Source: Atractiella rhizophila (lineage: Eukaryota). From it: DNA of 53,849 bases. This document shows, one piece after another, positions 13,523 through 24,936 of this stretch (positions are counted from its first letter, which is position 1; each line of letters starts with the position of its first letter). The translations under genes and the position numbers were made by a program. The notes beneath the pieces are model-generated. The model searched no databases. It had not been told where the DNA came from and worked only from the letters and a program-made list of their open reading frames with translations. The stretch covers positions 1-53,849 of the forward strand of contig MU271489.1 in the NCBI GenBank assembly GCA_021432655.1, written 5' to 3'.

Positions 13523-14772
13523 ATGTCTCAGAAAACGCAACTAGCAGTCTTCTCCACGCGCAGCAAGAGAGAACTGACAACGGTTCCCATCTACTCGCCA
13601 GATAAAGGGGAAGTGCTGGTGAGAAATGTCGCAGTTGCCTCCAATCCCAAAGACTGGAAATATCCTATCTATAACGTTGAATGGGAAGGCTTCGAGTGGT
13701 CCGCTGTGGAAGGAAGTGACGTTGCGGGATATGTGGAAGAAGTTGGAGAGGGAGTGAAAAACGTTAAGAAAGGTGATAAGGTGCGCCGCTTTATGCCTGC
13801 TGTGTGCAATCAAACCTGAAAATGTGAACTCAGGTCGCGGGGTTTTCAGCCACGCTTCATCATAGCAAATCTGGAGGATATCAACAATACACGATCGTTC
13901 CAGCGACCACAGTCTTTCCTCTTCCTCCTGGATGCACCTTCGAAGAAGCATCCACATACCCTTTGGCATTCATGACTGCTGCCCTTGGTTCGTTTCTCTC
14001 TGTTTATCACTATTCCCTCATGAGCTCAAGGTTAATAGGACTGTTTCGAGAGTTACAACTTCCCACCCCTCTCGATCCTGTCCAGCCCGACAAAACCTTT
14101 CCAATCATTGTCTGGGGTGCGAGCTCTAGCGTTGGAGCGTTCGCGGTTCAACTCGCCAAGGCGGCAGGCTTGCAGGTCATCGGTGTGGCTGGAAGTGCGA
14201 GCGACTACGTTCGAGAATTAGGGGCGGATGACGGTGAGCCATGAACCAACACGGTGATTTCCACTCACATCTCCACAGTCGTCGACTATAGAAACAAATC
14301 GTCCTCTGAATTGATTTCCGCCCTCAATTCTTCCCTTGGAGGAAGAGGAGCGACCGTCAGAGCAGTATATGACGCGATTTCCGAGCCTTCTGTCGTCGAG
14401 GCCATTGTCCAGTTCCTCTCTGAGAAGAAGAAAGAGAGCAAGTTCGTTACCGTCCTTGCGACACCTGTCAAGCTTCCGGATGACGGCCACGTCGCTCGCT
14501 CGGTCACTCACGTTAGAGCTGTCCACAAGGATGCTCCTTTCAAGTCTTTTGGTGGAATGACATTTGACCCTGCCCGTGATTTTGGAAGAGAGTGGTTCGC
14601 GTGGCTTGGGAGGGAGGGGAAGAACAAGGTCAAGCCGAATAGGGTGAGGGTAATCCCTGGAGGATTGGAAGGCGTCGATGAGGGACTCACCCTATTGGAG
14701 AAGGGGAAAGTGTCGGGTGAGAAATTGGTGTACAGAATTGCTGACACGAAGGCACTCAGCCAAGGACAATAA
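13523..14772 (+). CDS. Enoyl-reductase-like MDR oxidoreductase, copy 2 (closest to copy 1)
   Basis: Same motifs and intron positions; near-identical nucleotide blocks with copy 1. Confidence 0.88.
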
Positions 14773-14866
14773 TTGATGATTGAGTGTAACTAGGTCCCTT
14801 GCAATGTCTTTTTCTTCCTCAATCCTTCCATCCTCATTGAATTTGAATTACAATCTCTCTTACGCT

Positions 14867-16182
14867 TTACTTCTTTAATCCCTCAGTCTCATCGATTCTG
14901 TAAACCAGCTTCACACCCGACACCTCACCTTTCTCCAACAAGGTGAGACCCTCGTCGACTGCATTCAGTCCTCCAGGCATGACCTTGACTCTATTAGGAG
15001 CCACCTTCTCCTTCCCTTCTCTTCCAAGCCAAGCATACCATAATTTGGCCGTCTCCAAGTTCGGTTGGACGTCCATTCCGAGGAACTGAAATGTCTCCGC
15101 TTGGTGGACAGAGGCGACGAAGGTGTGAAGTCGAGCCACTCGTCCGTCTTCGGGCAGGGTGACTGGGTGAGGATTGACGGTCGTCAGTTTGCTTGGACCT
15201 GGTTTGGAGGAGAGGAAGTCGGAGATGATTGAGAGAGTAGAAGGCTCTGAGATCGCATCTAACACTCGCGTCACTTTCGCCCCCTTTCCTCCTAAAGCGG
15301 AATTGATGGCGGCGATGATTTCGGTGGACGATTTGTTGCGGTAGTCGATAACTGGAAACACAATGCAAGATATCAGTGCGGGAACAGATGCGAGAAGGCT
15401 GAGAATGAAATCTAGATTCAGTAAAGTAAACCAACTTACCTTCATCCGCCCCAAGTTCCCTGGCGTAATCAGCTGCGTTCCCAGCGACGGCGATGACCTC
15501 CAACCCGGCCAACTTGGCGAGTTGAATGGCGAAAGCGCCGACACTTGAACTCGCTCCCCAAATGAGGATGGGGAAGGATTCGTCGGGTTTGACGGGGTGG
15601 AGAGGAGTGGGAAGCTCCAAGTTCTTGAAGAGACCTGGAACGGGACCAGATTGAGCGAAGCTGTGGCTTTTGGGAAAGCTAAATGAAAAGAGTCGCAACT
15701 TACACACTACCGCGGTCCCAAAACACATCCCATATGTAGACGCTTCCTCAAAGGTGCATCCGGGAGGAAGAGGAAACAGAGTGTGGGCTTGACAGATGGT
15801 GTATTCTTGATACACTCCGTATTTGCTGTGTTTAGCCATGATCGAGAATCCCGCAACCTGGCAATGTCACAGTTCAGGTCGTGCTTCAAATATCTAGACT
15901 GAAATCGAGACGCATTACCTTATCTCCCTTCTTGAATCCGGTAACTCCCTCTCCCACCTCTTCCACATAACCAGCGAAATCGCTCCCCTCGACTTCCTTC
16001 CAATCTATTCCAGCATACTGACGACTGTAAGCAGGGAACTTCCAGTCCGCAGGGTTGGAAGCGACCGCCACATTCTTCACCAACACCTCGTCCTTCCCTG
16101 GCTCATAGATTGGTACCCTTTTCAACTCTCTGCTTTGGGCAGAGCAGACAACGCCGAGTTGAGTTCGTTGAGAGTCTGACAT
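14867..16182 (-). CDS. Enoyl-reductase-like MDR oxidoreductase, copy 3 (inverted)
   Basis: VLVKNVAVASNPADWK, GSDFAGYVEEVG, ILIWGASSSVGAFAIQLAK, GEVSGVKLVYRI. Confidence 0.88.
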
Positions 16183-17425
16183 ACTAGTCTCTTGCTGCTT
16201 CTCGAATGAGCTTTCGGATGTTCAGATTGCCTGAGGTTCTCGTTATGATCGATGATTGCCATGGAAAGTTGAAGAGCTCTTTTATAGAGGGTCCAATGCG
16301 GCTGAAGGCGGAGGATGTTCTCATGTACGACTATTAGACAGTCTGGAAGGCCACCAACCTGAAGCAGAGTCAAAGAGACGTAAGCAGGAAAGATTTGAAA
16401 GACCCCCGCTCTTGTCCGTCCGCCGCCTCTGGTTGACATTATGCTGACCATGCATGGCGAACTGGATCGCGAAGCAGCGAAGGCGGTTGAAGGCAATCGG
16501 CGATTATTCTGAAGCATTCATCATTATCTGTAAGCACATAAATACCAAAGCATAAGCCGTTCAGTGATGCACATCCCAAGCAAACGAGCTATGCATAAAT
16601 ACTCCATCCATTTCTTCAACCACCACAAGTGGTGGCCTGGAAGGATAAAATAAGATGATAGATTGAGAAGAGAATGAGAAGTGAGCACCAGGTGACGTCC
16701 TTAGCTGATCCTTCATTTAGCACCAGTCTCAGAATCATCCTCCGATAAGAGTGTCATGAACGCAATTCTTGGATGAACAATACATCAAATAATGCAACGA
16801 GAGCTTCAACTAGACGTTAGTGTAAAGAAATCTCGTCAAAGCAGACCAGGGATCAGAATGTTTACTCTGATCGCAGCTTCACTTCAGTCTCAGTCGGTCT
16901 CAGGCTTGAAGCTTGAGGCCTTGAGGGCTTGAGGCTTCGATGAACGCTGTATGAAAGCGGAACACAGCAAATCTGTAAGGTATCATTGTGGCTTCCCAAA
17001 CGTCTGAACACGACGTTCTCCAAATGGAGACCAAAGTCATTCGGTCGACCCTGAAAGTACGATGATTCATGTAGCCATAGCCCAGTTTATTGCCTGTCTT
17101 CACAGAACAATGGGTCACAAAATGTACAAATTTAATATATTCTTTATGCTCCTTTCCCCTTAGATCTACTGCCGTTAACCCTGGCTAACCTTTCACTGGC
17201 CTTGATCTCCTTCATTGGTCAGCGCTCAACTTTGAAAAGCTATCTACATCCCTGCACTTAATGCGGCGGAGAACGCCTTGTCAATCACTGACCCTGATCT
17301 CTTACGTCGGCTTCAACGCACTATAGATTGTGATGTCGTTATAAGGAGAATGACAGTGCTCACCAACGAGCGAAAAACAACGTCGAATCGCATACATTGC
17401 AGCGGCAGAAGAAAATCGATCGAGA

Positions 17426-18709
17426 ATGTGTTTGCAAATCGGAATCGTTTCTAACGGCCACCAAAGGACACGTCGAATGGTGCCAATCCCTTCCCCCGAG
17501 AACGGAGAAGTGTTAGTGAAGAACGTTGCCGTCACCTCTAATCCCAAAGATTGGAAGTTCCCCTTGTTGTTTCGAACGTGGGCAGACGTCGTGGAAGGGA
17601 ACGATGTTGCGGGTTATGTAGAGGAAGTGGGAGAAGACGTGACTGGTTTCGAGAAAGGGGACAAGGTCCGCTTTGATCTCGCTCTTGCCCGTTAAGAGGG
17701 CTGATTGCTCGACGTTTGGGACCACTGCTATCGAAAAGGTCGCAGGCTTCACTCCGATGATGAAAGACACGAAGTATGGAGCGTACCAAGAATACACAGT
17801 CGTTCCAACCATCTCATTGTTCCACCTTCCCGCCGATACGACTTTCGAAGAAGCAGTGACATATCCCTCACGCTTCTTAACAGCAGCAATTGGTATTGCA
17901 ACAGTCCCTTTCTCAGTCCTAAACTGAAGTGTTTGATGCAGGCCTATTCCAGAAGCTTCAGCTCCCCACCCCTCTCCATCCTATTAAACCTAATGAAGTC
18001 TTCCATATTCTCATCTGGGGAGCGAGTTCGAGTGTGGGAAGTTACGCCGTGCAGTTGGCCAAACTCGCCGGGTTGACTGTGATAGCGGTCGCTGGCAACT
18101 CTTCGGAGTATGTGGAAGAGCTGGGAGCAGATGAAGGTAGCCCTCCTTCTTCAGCATCATAGCATCACCTGGGGTCGAAGCTCCATGTGCGCCTAAAACT
18201 GATGTTGGATGGCAGTTATCGACTATCGGAACAAGTCCTCAGACGAACTCGTCGCTGCCTTCACCTCTGCTCTGGGTGGGGAAGGCGCAAAGGTAATGAA
18301 GGTATACGATGCAGTTTCGAGCGCTACGAGCTTGGAGACCATCGTCCGGTTCCTATCTGCCAACTTAGACGAAAAAGACGGAGGAAGGGAGGCAAAGATC
18401 ACTGTGGTCCTGCCCACGCCTGTGACCCTTCCGGACTCCGGTGGAATTTCTCTTGAGTTGGTTTATGTCGGCGCTGTAAACGAGGAGGATCCAAACTTCT
18501 TCGGAACGCCGATCGAGAAGGAGCATGAGTTTGCGAAGGAGTGGCTCGCTTGGCTTTCGAGGGAAGGGAAGAACAAGATAAAACCTAGTAGGGTAAGAAT
18601 AGTCCAGGGTGGGTTGGACGGAGTCGATGCTGGATTGAAAATGTTGGAGGAAGGAAAAGTCTCAGGGGAGAAGTTGGTCTACATAATTGGAGATACGAAG
18701 GGAATCTAG
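17426..18709 (+). CDS. Enoyl-reductase-like MDR oxidoreductase, copy 4
   Basis: VLVKNVAVTSNPKDWK, GNDVAGYVEEVG, ILIWGASSSVGSYAVQLAK, GKVSGEKLVYI. Confidence 0.87.
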
Positions 18710-19351
18710 ATGGACCATAATGCATGTTGACGGCTCTAATATGGAAGAGAACTTGACATGAAAGTAGTGGATATTGTGGAATGATAAGGTTGGAACTGGA
18801 GATGGCAAGGAGAGTAGAAATCTATCAAACAGAATTAACGGTATTCGCCAATTGAGCCTGTGAGCTGTTTGTTCCCCGTCCTCGTCAATTGCTTGTGCAT
18901 CTATAGTGTTTAGGACGAGTGATGTACTGGAACTTGATGTTATGGCACCTCGTTGAATTTCGTTTGACGTAACTGAAAATCAGAGGCAGGGGCATATCTC
19001 GTCTCATCCTTGACATAAACCTACCCTACCCAGCCTCAACCTACGCTGAACGGCAACGCTCCCTCTCACCAATGAGCGATCGATGACCGCTTACTGAGCA
19101 ATGTATGAAAATGGTGGCACTTGCAGCACAATAAAGCAGGCTCTGAGGTCCCTGATCCTTTGAAAACGACGTTCTCCAAATTGGAACAATGGAAGGTACA
19201 AAGATTCATTGTCCAGTTTATTGCCGTTGACCCTCTCGCTGCATTGGTCATGGCGCTGCATCAGCCAGCTTAATGATCCTGGCACGCAATTGGGAGGGTC
19301 CGCTTTCAAGCACTGTACTCGGCTCGAATGGAGTCCAGAGTGAGAGGCTCA

Positions 19352-19357
19352 TATAAA
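19352..19357 (+). promoter_or_regulatory. Putative TATA box of MDR copy 5
   Basis: TATAAA about 70 nt upstream of the ATG at 19424. Confidence 0.4.
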
Positions 19358-19423
19358 GACAGTGATGGCGCTCTCCAACAAGGAGAAATCTAGCATAGCA
19401 ACATCAAAGTAAATTGACACAGA

Positions 19424-20717
19424 ATGTCTTCTCAAATCGGAATCATCTCCACTGGCCATGAAAGGCAACGACAGATGCTGCCCATCCCTTCCCCCGAGAA
19501 GGGAGAGGTGTTAGTGAAGAACGTCGCCGTCGCCTCGAACCCTAAAGATTGGAAATTCCCCGTCTTGGTTCGGACCTGGAGGGATGTCGTGGAAGGGAAC
19601 GATATCGCGGGGTATGTAGAGGAAGTGGGAGAAGGTGTGGCTGGTTTCAAGAAGGGGGACAAGGTGCGGTTTTCTTTTAATTAAGAGTGCAAGGGTTTCG
19701 CTGATCGCTGAACCTCTGCGGGGTGTTGCACCGATAGGTTGCAGGTTTGACCCCAATGATGAAAGACACGAAGTATGGAGCATACCAACAATACACCGTC
19801 GTTCCGTCCGTCTCCTTGTTCCCTCTCCCTGCCGACACGACGTTCGAAGAAGCAGCTACATATCCTATGACCTTTTTGACAGCAGCAATCGGTACGCAGT
19901 GTTCCAGGCTTGCACTTCTGAACTGACGCGTTGTATCGGCAGGCCTATTTTCAAAGCTGCAGCTCCCCACCCCTGTTTGCCCAGTTAAACCAGAAGAAGC
20001 ATTTCCTATTCTTATCTGGGGAGCGAGCTCGAGCATTGGAACTTATGCCGTGCAATTGGCCAAGCTCGCTGGGTTGAAAGTGATCGCAGTGGCTGGTAAC
20101 GCTTCAGAGTATGCGAAAGAGCTGGGAGCAGATGAAGGTAGGTCCTCTTCTTCAGCTTCGTAGCGTCGACCGCTGTCTAAGATTGGTTTGCGCCGAAACT
20201 GATGTGGATGTTGGCTGGTACAGTTGTCGATTATCGGAACAAGTCCTCAGACGACCTCGTCGCTGCGTTCACGTCTGCTCTGGGCGGAGATGGCGCGAAG
20301 GTGACCAAGGTGTACGATGCGGTTTCGGATGCTACGAGCTTGGAGACTATCGTCCAATTCCTTTCTTCCAACCTGAAGGAGAAAGACGGAGGGGGGAAGG
20401 CAACCATCACCGCCGTCCTACCTACTCCTGTGACCCTCCCAGAGTCAGGTCAAATCTCTCTCCAGTTGACTTACGTCGGCGCGGTCAATGAGGACTCTCC
20501 CAACTTCTTTGGAACCTCTATCGAGAAAGAGCATGAGTTTGCGAAGGAGTGGCTCCCATGGCTTTCGAGGGAGGGGAAGAACAAGATCAAGCCTAACAGG
20601 GTTAGGGTCATTCAAGGTGGCCTGGATGGAGTCGATGCGGGATTGAAGTTGTTAGAGGAAGGCAAGGTGTCGGGAGAGAAATTGGTGTATCGAATTGGAG
20701 ATACAGGGGGGATTTAG
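19424..20717 (+). CDS. Enoyl-reductase-like MDR oxidoreductase, copy 5 (closest to copy 4)
   Basis: Same motifs and introns; last exon highly similar to copy 4. Confidence 0.88.
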
Positions 20718-21009
20718 AGACTCCGATGCTCAGTACCAACTTGAACAATGAGTCCACTGGAAGAATGTACCAACCTGACATGAAAGGGAAGCTGATATGT
20801 TCTTAACTGAAGAAAGGGCTACAAGTCCATAAGATTTCCAATTACTATCCAAGAAAATGACCGTCAAGGCGATACAATGGGTCTCGATGTGGGGACATCG
20901 AACTCTTAGCATATCCGGAGAAATTCTAAAATTGGGGTCTGGTATGTATATACGTATGCAGTGAGTTCAAAAGAACGCTGATATGTCCATTCTTCTTCGC
21001 TTCTTCCAT

Positions 21010-23718
21010 TCAACTCCATAATGCTCCGAACAGCATCACCACGGCAGACAAACCAACGACTCCTAATCGGGAAGCGGCGGAATTGTCCGTTCCTTGCTCA
21101 GTCTGGCTAGCAGCCGAACTTTGTCCTCCATTACCACTTTCACTCTTGCTCGTTTCCTTGCTTCCCTCAGTGGTCGCCGTCTCGCTCGCGCTGCTCTTAG
21201 TTTCTGCCGCATCCGATACCGCTTGGAGGGGTATGTCGAGCGTTCCTTCAGAGAGGAAAGAACGCCATTGGGTCGATGGCTCAATTGAGCCAGACACATA
21301 TTGCTCATACGTGGGAAAGGTGAGGTTGTCCTGAACGTAGTATTGCTGGATGCCTACACAGAGAGAAGCGCATCAATATCAGTTCCCATTCGCGTTACCA
21401 GAGAGAGTGTCCAGACCTAAGCAAGTTCCAACGGGGGCAAAAACGTTAAAGGCCTTCTTCGCAAGAGGGAAACGGTTCTGGAACTATTTGTGCGGAAGAT
21501 ATTAACTCCACATCTTTCCAAAATAAGACTACTGTCACGCCTGTCCGACAGTGACATTGCTCGTTTCGTGAGTCAAGACTGTTACTCCCTCAGCGGCGGA
21601 TGCCTTGGCGAAAATAGCGGCGTAATTGGCGTCAATGACCTTCTTTCCTTTAATGGTCAACTCCCAATCGAAGGTATCATCACTCCTACAACTCGCCATG
21701 AGCATCGAAGCAGAGCAAGAAGGAAAATGCAAACCAAAGATCGATTCTGAGACCAAGAGCTACGATTGATCAGCTTTTCCGCCCTGGCAGGAAATAAAAT
21801 AATCAAAGGCGACGAACCATGGCCGATGGTACGAACACGGTCGTCGACGTCTCCGTAGGATGGGCGGAAACATTTGGTTTGGATGCCAGTGATAGCCTAT
21901 ATGCACTATTGAGATTTAGCTTATGGGCTAGAAAATAACATACCTTAATAGCCTTAGTGGTATAATACATCTCAGCAAAGACCTCCTCGTTCGACAAGGT
22001 GGTGGTCATTTGATGGCTCCTGAAATTAGAAGACCAGTTCGGATTCCGTGAGGATGTGCTCGCGCGAGAAAATGAACGCACCAAGTGTGTCCACAGATCT
22101 CGTGGCCGGCCTCGACTGCAGCTTGCGCTTGTCCAGGGAACTGAAGGACATTGCCGCCGATGAAATAAAGAGAAGCCTTCAACTTCTCTTTCTCTAGGAT
22201 CCCATACAGGGTGGCCGAAGCACAGGTTGGTCTACACTGCTGTCAGCGTTCTCGTCTATGAAGCCGAACGAGAACCGCACCCGTCGTCGAATGTCAGACC
22301 CCAGGTCCCTTTCTGTGTGCAGTGATGGTGGTCTGGACTGAGGTAAGACTGTTTTGGAGTAACACAGCCTCCGCGAGACCACCAACAATCTGTTCACCCT
22401 GAAATTAGTGACCTGAACTGGATCCGCTTTCGAGAAAGAGCGTCAATTATGCCACTATTGCCAAATCCTTCTGTACGCAATAGTTGATTTTCGGATTCTC
22501 AACCAGTTTCTTTTTTCTTCCTTTCATTCCCAATCTGCTCATGACGAATACCAGTAGTTCTTAATCGTCACATTCTGAGAGATTCGCATACAAAACATTC
22601 AGTTAGAGGCAAAGCCCAGCATCATCTTTGCCCACCGAGTCATCCCTTTGACCCAAGAGCTGTAGTTATTCGATTCAAAAGAAGAAAGTCATTTTACAGG
22701 GAAGTAAGATTCTTTTCATATTCTTGCCCAACTCAAAAGCGATAAAAGCGTGAACGTAAGAACAAAGCAAGGTTTGGCTTCATTGTAGGTATGCTCCACA
22801 CTCGTTCTGTCGTTTCTTCAATGTCTGCTGGATACACTTTCTGTCCCGAAGACCTCTCCTTTCGAGAATAACAAGGGGCAGCCTGACCAAAAAGCAATGC
22901 CTCCTTTGGTCCCTTATACATAATGAAGAAAGAAATGGAATATTCCGCTTTGTCACCGCTACAGATGATAATACCTATTGGGACAAGCCAAAGACGCGCA
23001 TTTATCGTCGCAGCCGTTACTGCGAATTTTGGAGAGTACAAAGGCGTCCAGTGCTGTCGGTATGCAGCACAAGGAAACTCGGACGTAGGAATTTTATGAT
23101 TATCCTTCATTTTCTCCTTTTCTTGCCCATCGCAACGAGACTTTTCGACTGTCCTTACGAAGACATGCAATGCCCACGTCCCTCTGCTGCATACAGATCA
23201 TGTCCTGTCATCCAACAGGACAGCAAGGAAGCCAAAAACTGTAGCATCCTTTCATTCCGTCCAACAACGGGTGAATTGTCGCGCACAACCAACTCTGGGT
23301 TCAGAATAAGATGTTAAAGTTGCACTCGTCACAACAGTCGCATGTCAAATGGCAGCAAAAAGGATATGAAGTTCTGTCAAACAAAACGATGCCGAACGAG
23401 AAACGCACCAGGATCAGTAGCTGGATACTCCATTGTCTCTGTCTTTGGAGCGATGGCGAGCGCACTCTTGTAGGTCTCATTGGCGAGGATAGCATCATAG
23501 ATTTTCTGTGCCTCCGAGTCGCCGGATACGATTTTTGCGGTTGTCACTTCAACCCAATTGGTCATTTGGGGTTTTGAAGGGAGAGAAAGAGACGTACGAG
23601 GGACGGGAAAGAGGTCAGCGATGGACGTTGCGTGTGCGAGGGCTTGAGAGGAGTCGAGCGCATCACCTGCATTTCTGTGACGAGTTATTAAGCGAAAGAA
23701 ACTTGGCGTTGGTTGCAT
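21010..23718 (-). CDS. Chitin deacetylase (CE4/NodB), probably GPI-anchored; start codon uncertain
   Basis: Spliced product YPATDP^DCWWSRGGC...TWGLTFDDG^PT...ASLYFIGGNV...GHEICGHTW^SHQMTTTLSNEEVFAEMYYT...CFRPSYGDVDDRVR contains CE4 motifs TFDDGP, HTWSH and RPxYG. It ends in a Ser/Thr linker and hydrophobic tail LGVVGLSAVVMLFGALWS. Confidence 0.88.
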
Positions 23719-24036
23719 TTCACTTTCACGTGGCGTTTACAGATCCCCTTGTTTGATGTTGAGCACAATGACTCGGAACCTGCTCAAGTCGAAGTCGAAA
23801 AAGTAGTGTCAGTGTCTGGGCCCGCCTCCCATTGAAGGCGGTAGCTACCGAAATATCGATGCGGCAAGTGATGGTGAAGTCAAACTGCACCCTGCATTCT
23901 GTCTTTTATTGCAGAATCCTCTTGTAACGCTTGGATTAATGATCTTAAGTTGTGCAAATCGATTGCTGACAGGTGATCAACTTGTCTACTAGACTCAGCA
24001 CGTGATATTCGAATTTTGGCCCATATATAGATGGAC

Positions 24037-24570
24037 ATGGCGCTCCTAATCGACGTCTTGACGGACAGAAATATCAAACTCAGCCGACCATCTCCTCCAT
24101 CAATCCTCAGTTTCTCGCGCAATCCACGAAGGAGCAGGTCCGTTCCGCGAACCGTCATTCATATCCACGATACCAGGATATCTCTTAAGCTCAGACAAGG
24201 ACGCCTTACAAATACATTGTTCCTGACCATTTTTACCTTCGAGACCTCTTCCATTCAAGGTTGGAGGGTGACCATCACTCAGATCTTCGGCAGTGGATAC
24301 GCTACGGTGAGGATTCATACCAAGATGAAGGCGGCACTTTTCATTCTCACCTTTCGAACAAATGATTCGGGATGGTGTTTTCAACAGCTCTTGATGAACA
24401 CGATTCGTCCAGAGACCACGCCAGGGACCACAGTCTCCACCGTTGAGGGCCAAGGTGGATGGCCACGCTCAACCTACTTTGACTACGAAAATCTACAGTC
24501 ACTTTCATTCGTTGGTAAATTCAGTCGAGAAATCGATATGGCACCGTGGGGTTCCTCACTCCGGTTTTGA
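24037..24570 (+). pseudogene. Degenerate, truncated paralogue of the F-box-like genes at 41.9-46.6 kb
   Basis: MALLIDVLT..IKLSRPSPPSILSFSRNP matches MSLPVDTLVEIFKLARPTPPDLFSFSNP. WRVTITQIFGSGYATVRIHTK..GWCFQQL matches WRNAVSEVLRTGYLTARIKSK..GWKFQRL. YLRDLF lies in a shifted frame. Confidence 0.6.
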
Positions 24571-24936
24571 AGGTTGTCTGAGCTTTTACTACGTCAGGCT
24601 GTAGGTGTCAGCAATTTGTTCCTTTGATACATACTATCGAGGACACCGCAACTGAAGGTCCTGCATGGAGACTTGGTAGCATCCAGACTGCGAGCTATGT
24701 GCCAGGTCAGCTCCGTATCGATTACATACCCTTAAGAGGTGAGAATTTTTCGTCACAGTATGACCGACAGTCAGAACGTATGTGGTGGACCATACTCTGA
24801 ACCTCTGAGCCACTGTAGAGACATGTCCTTATATCCTCTCAGAGCCAATAATCGGATGGTTATGCAATTGGAAAAAGGACGATGGATTCTATCTGTGGAT
24901 GTCGTGAAAAAACAGCAATGATCATGACGACTGCGA

